Source: Candidatus Saccharimonadota bacterium
Lineage (GTDB): Bacteria; Patescibacteriota; Gracilibacteria; UBA4473
Direction of reading: 5' to 3'
Length of the DNA: 32,000 nucleotides
Assembly (NCBI GenBank): GCA_030429505.1
Contig: JAUIFI010000001.1
Location: forward strand, 360,001 to 392,000
Made by a program: the position numbers and the translations under genes. The stretch's first letter is position 1, and each line of letters starts with the position of its first letter. Positions 31,569 to 32,000 of this stretch are shown here, in pieces. The notes below the pieces were generated by a model. The model worked only from the letters and a program-made list of their open reading frames with translations. It had not been told where the DNA came from and did not search any database.

Positions 31569-32000
31569 ATGAAAAATAACAAAAAAACAATGTCCTCTAT
31601 TACAGCGAATTATTTGATCCCAACCGTTATTGAAAAAACTGAAGGTGGGGAAAGAGCATTTGATATCTACTCACGACTCCTCAAAGAACGTATTATTTTC
31701 GTCGGAACAGCTATCGATGCCAGTATAGCAAACGTAATCATAGCTCAGCTCCTCTTTCTCGAATCAGAAGACAGCAAAAAAGACATCACTATGTATGTCA
31801 ACTCTCCCGGAGGGTCGGTATCCGCAGGACTTGCCATCATCGATACGATGAATTTTGTAAAACCAAATGTTTCCACAGTATGCGTTGGGATTGCTGCTTC
31901 TATGGGAGCGATGATCCTCATGAGTGGAGAAAAAGGAAAGCGGTTTATTCTCCCGCACTCAGAAGTCATGATTCATCAACCATTAGGAGGCGTCGAAGGT
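31569..32000 (+). CDS. clpP: ATP-dependent Clp protease proteolytic subunit, N-terminal 144 codons (runs off the right edge)
   Basis: Not in the ORF track because it is open at the edge. The frame from ATG 31569 gives ...[79 protein letters not shown]...[11 protein letters not shown]...MIHQPLGG, with catalytic Ser and His in context. The start could be the second ATG at 31590. Confidence 0.9.
   Translation, partial: MKNNKKTMSSITANYLIPTVIEKTEGGERAFDIYSRLLKERIIFVGTAIDASIANVIIAQLLFLESEDSKKDITMYVNSPGGSVSAGLAIIDTMNFVKPNVSTVCVGIAASMGAMILMSGEKGKRFILPHSEVMIHQPLGGVEG

Noticed and set aside
1-32000. Alternative genetic code (UGA recoded, as in Gracilibacteria/Absconditabacteria)
   Set aside because: All conserved genes are uninterrupted under the standard code. 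TGA terminates several well-delimited genes: 2682-2684, the ftsX/recO ATGA overlap at 10906-10909, and 12187-12189.
1-32000. CRISPR arrays, tandem repeats, rRNA operons, transposases, phage or known defence genes
   Set aside because: I saw no regularly spaced direct repeats and no ORF with recognisable Cas, transposase, integrase, restriction, abortive-infection or phage structural signatures.

Overview
AT-rich, gene-dense bacterial chromosome segment. It reads cleanly with the standard code, and TGA is used as a stop at 2682-2684, 10907-10909 and 12187-12189. I can support about 36 protein genes, 2 tRNA genes, several sigma70-type promoters and a few intrinsic terminators.

Most genes are housekeeping:
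- Translation: proS, gatCA, rplS, rpsR, rpsF, rpsB, tsf, truB, rsmI, tsaC, tRNA-Ser(GCU) and tRNA-Glu(UUC).
- Protein folding and turnover: tig, clpP.
- DNA repair: recO, mutL, and an RNase HI-like gene fragment.
- Envelope: murB, ftsX, a MOP-family flippase.
- Metabolism: a NifS-like cysteine desulfurase and a D-2-hydroxyacid dehydrogenase.

These are interspersed with orphan ORFs and predicted surface proteins: a tandem SNase-like secreted protein, a LAPTG-anchored protein and a thrombospondin-type-3-repeat protein.

Several traits suggest a reduced Patescibacteria/CPR-like genome. This is inference only. The traits are small proteins, few Shine-Dalgarno sequences, GatCA, V-type ATPase pieces, and long charged tails on ribosomal proteins.

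I found no CRISPR array, transposase, integrase, phage genes, rRNA or recognisable defence system.

The features that look genuinely odd are:
1. V/A-type ATPase B and D genes stranded as separate single-gene units about 4 kb apart on opposite strands, with no A or membrane subunits nearby.
2. A structured 357-bp spacer upstream of proS carrying a perfect 13-bp inverted repeat.
3. A two-gene orphan cassette with its own terminator next to gatCA.
4. A Cys/His-cluster mini-protein upstream of the lone cysteine desulfurase.
5. A tRNA-Ser(GCU) embedded between a flippase gene and tsaC.
6. An ORF that terminates inside the antisense anticodon loop of tRNA-Glu.

None of these amounts to proof of a new system. 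Each is given below with tests that would confirm or refute it.
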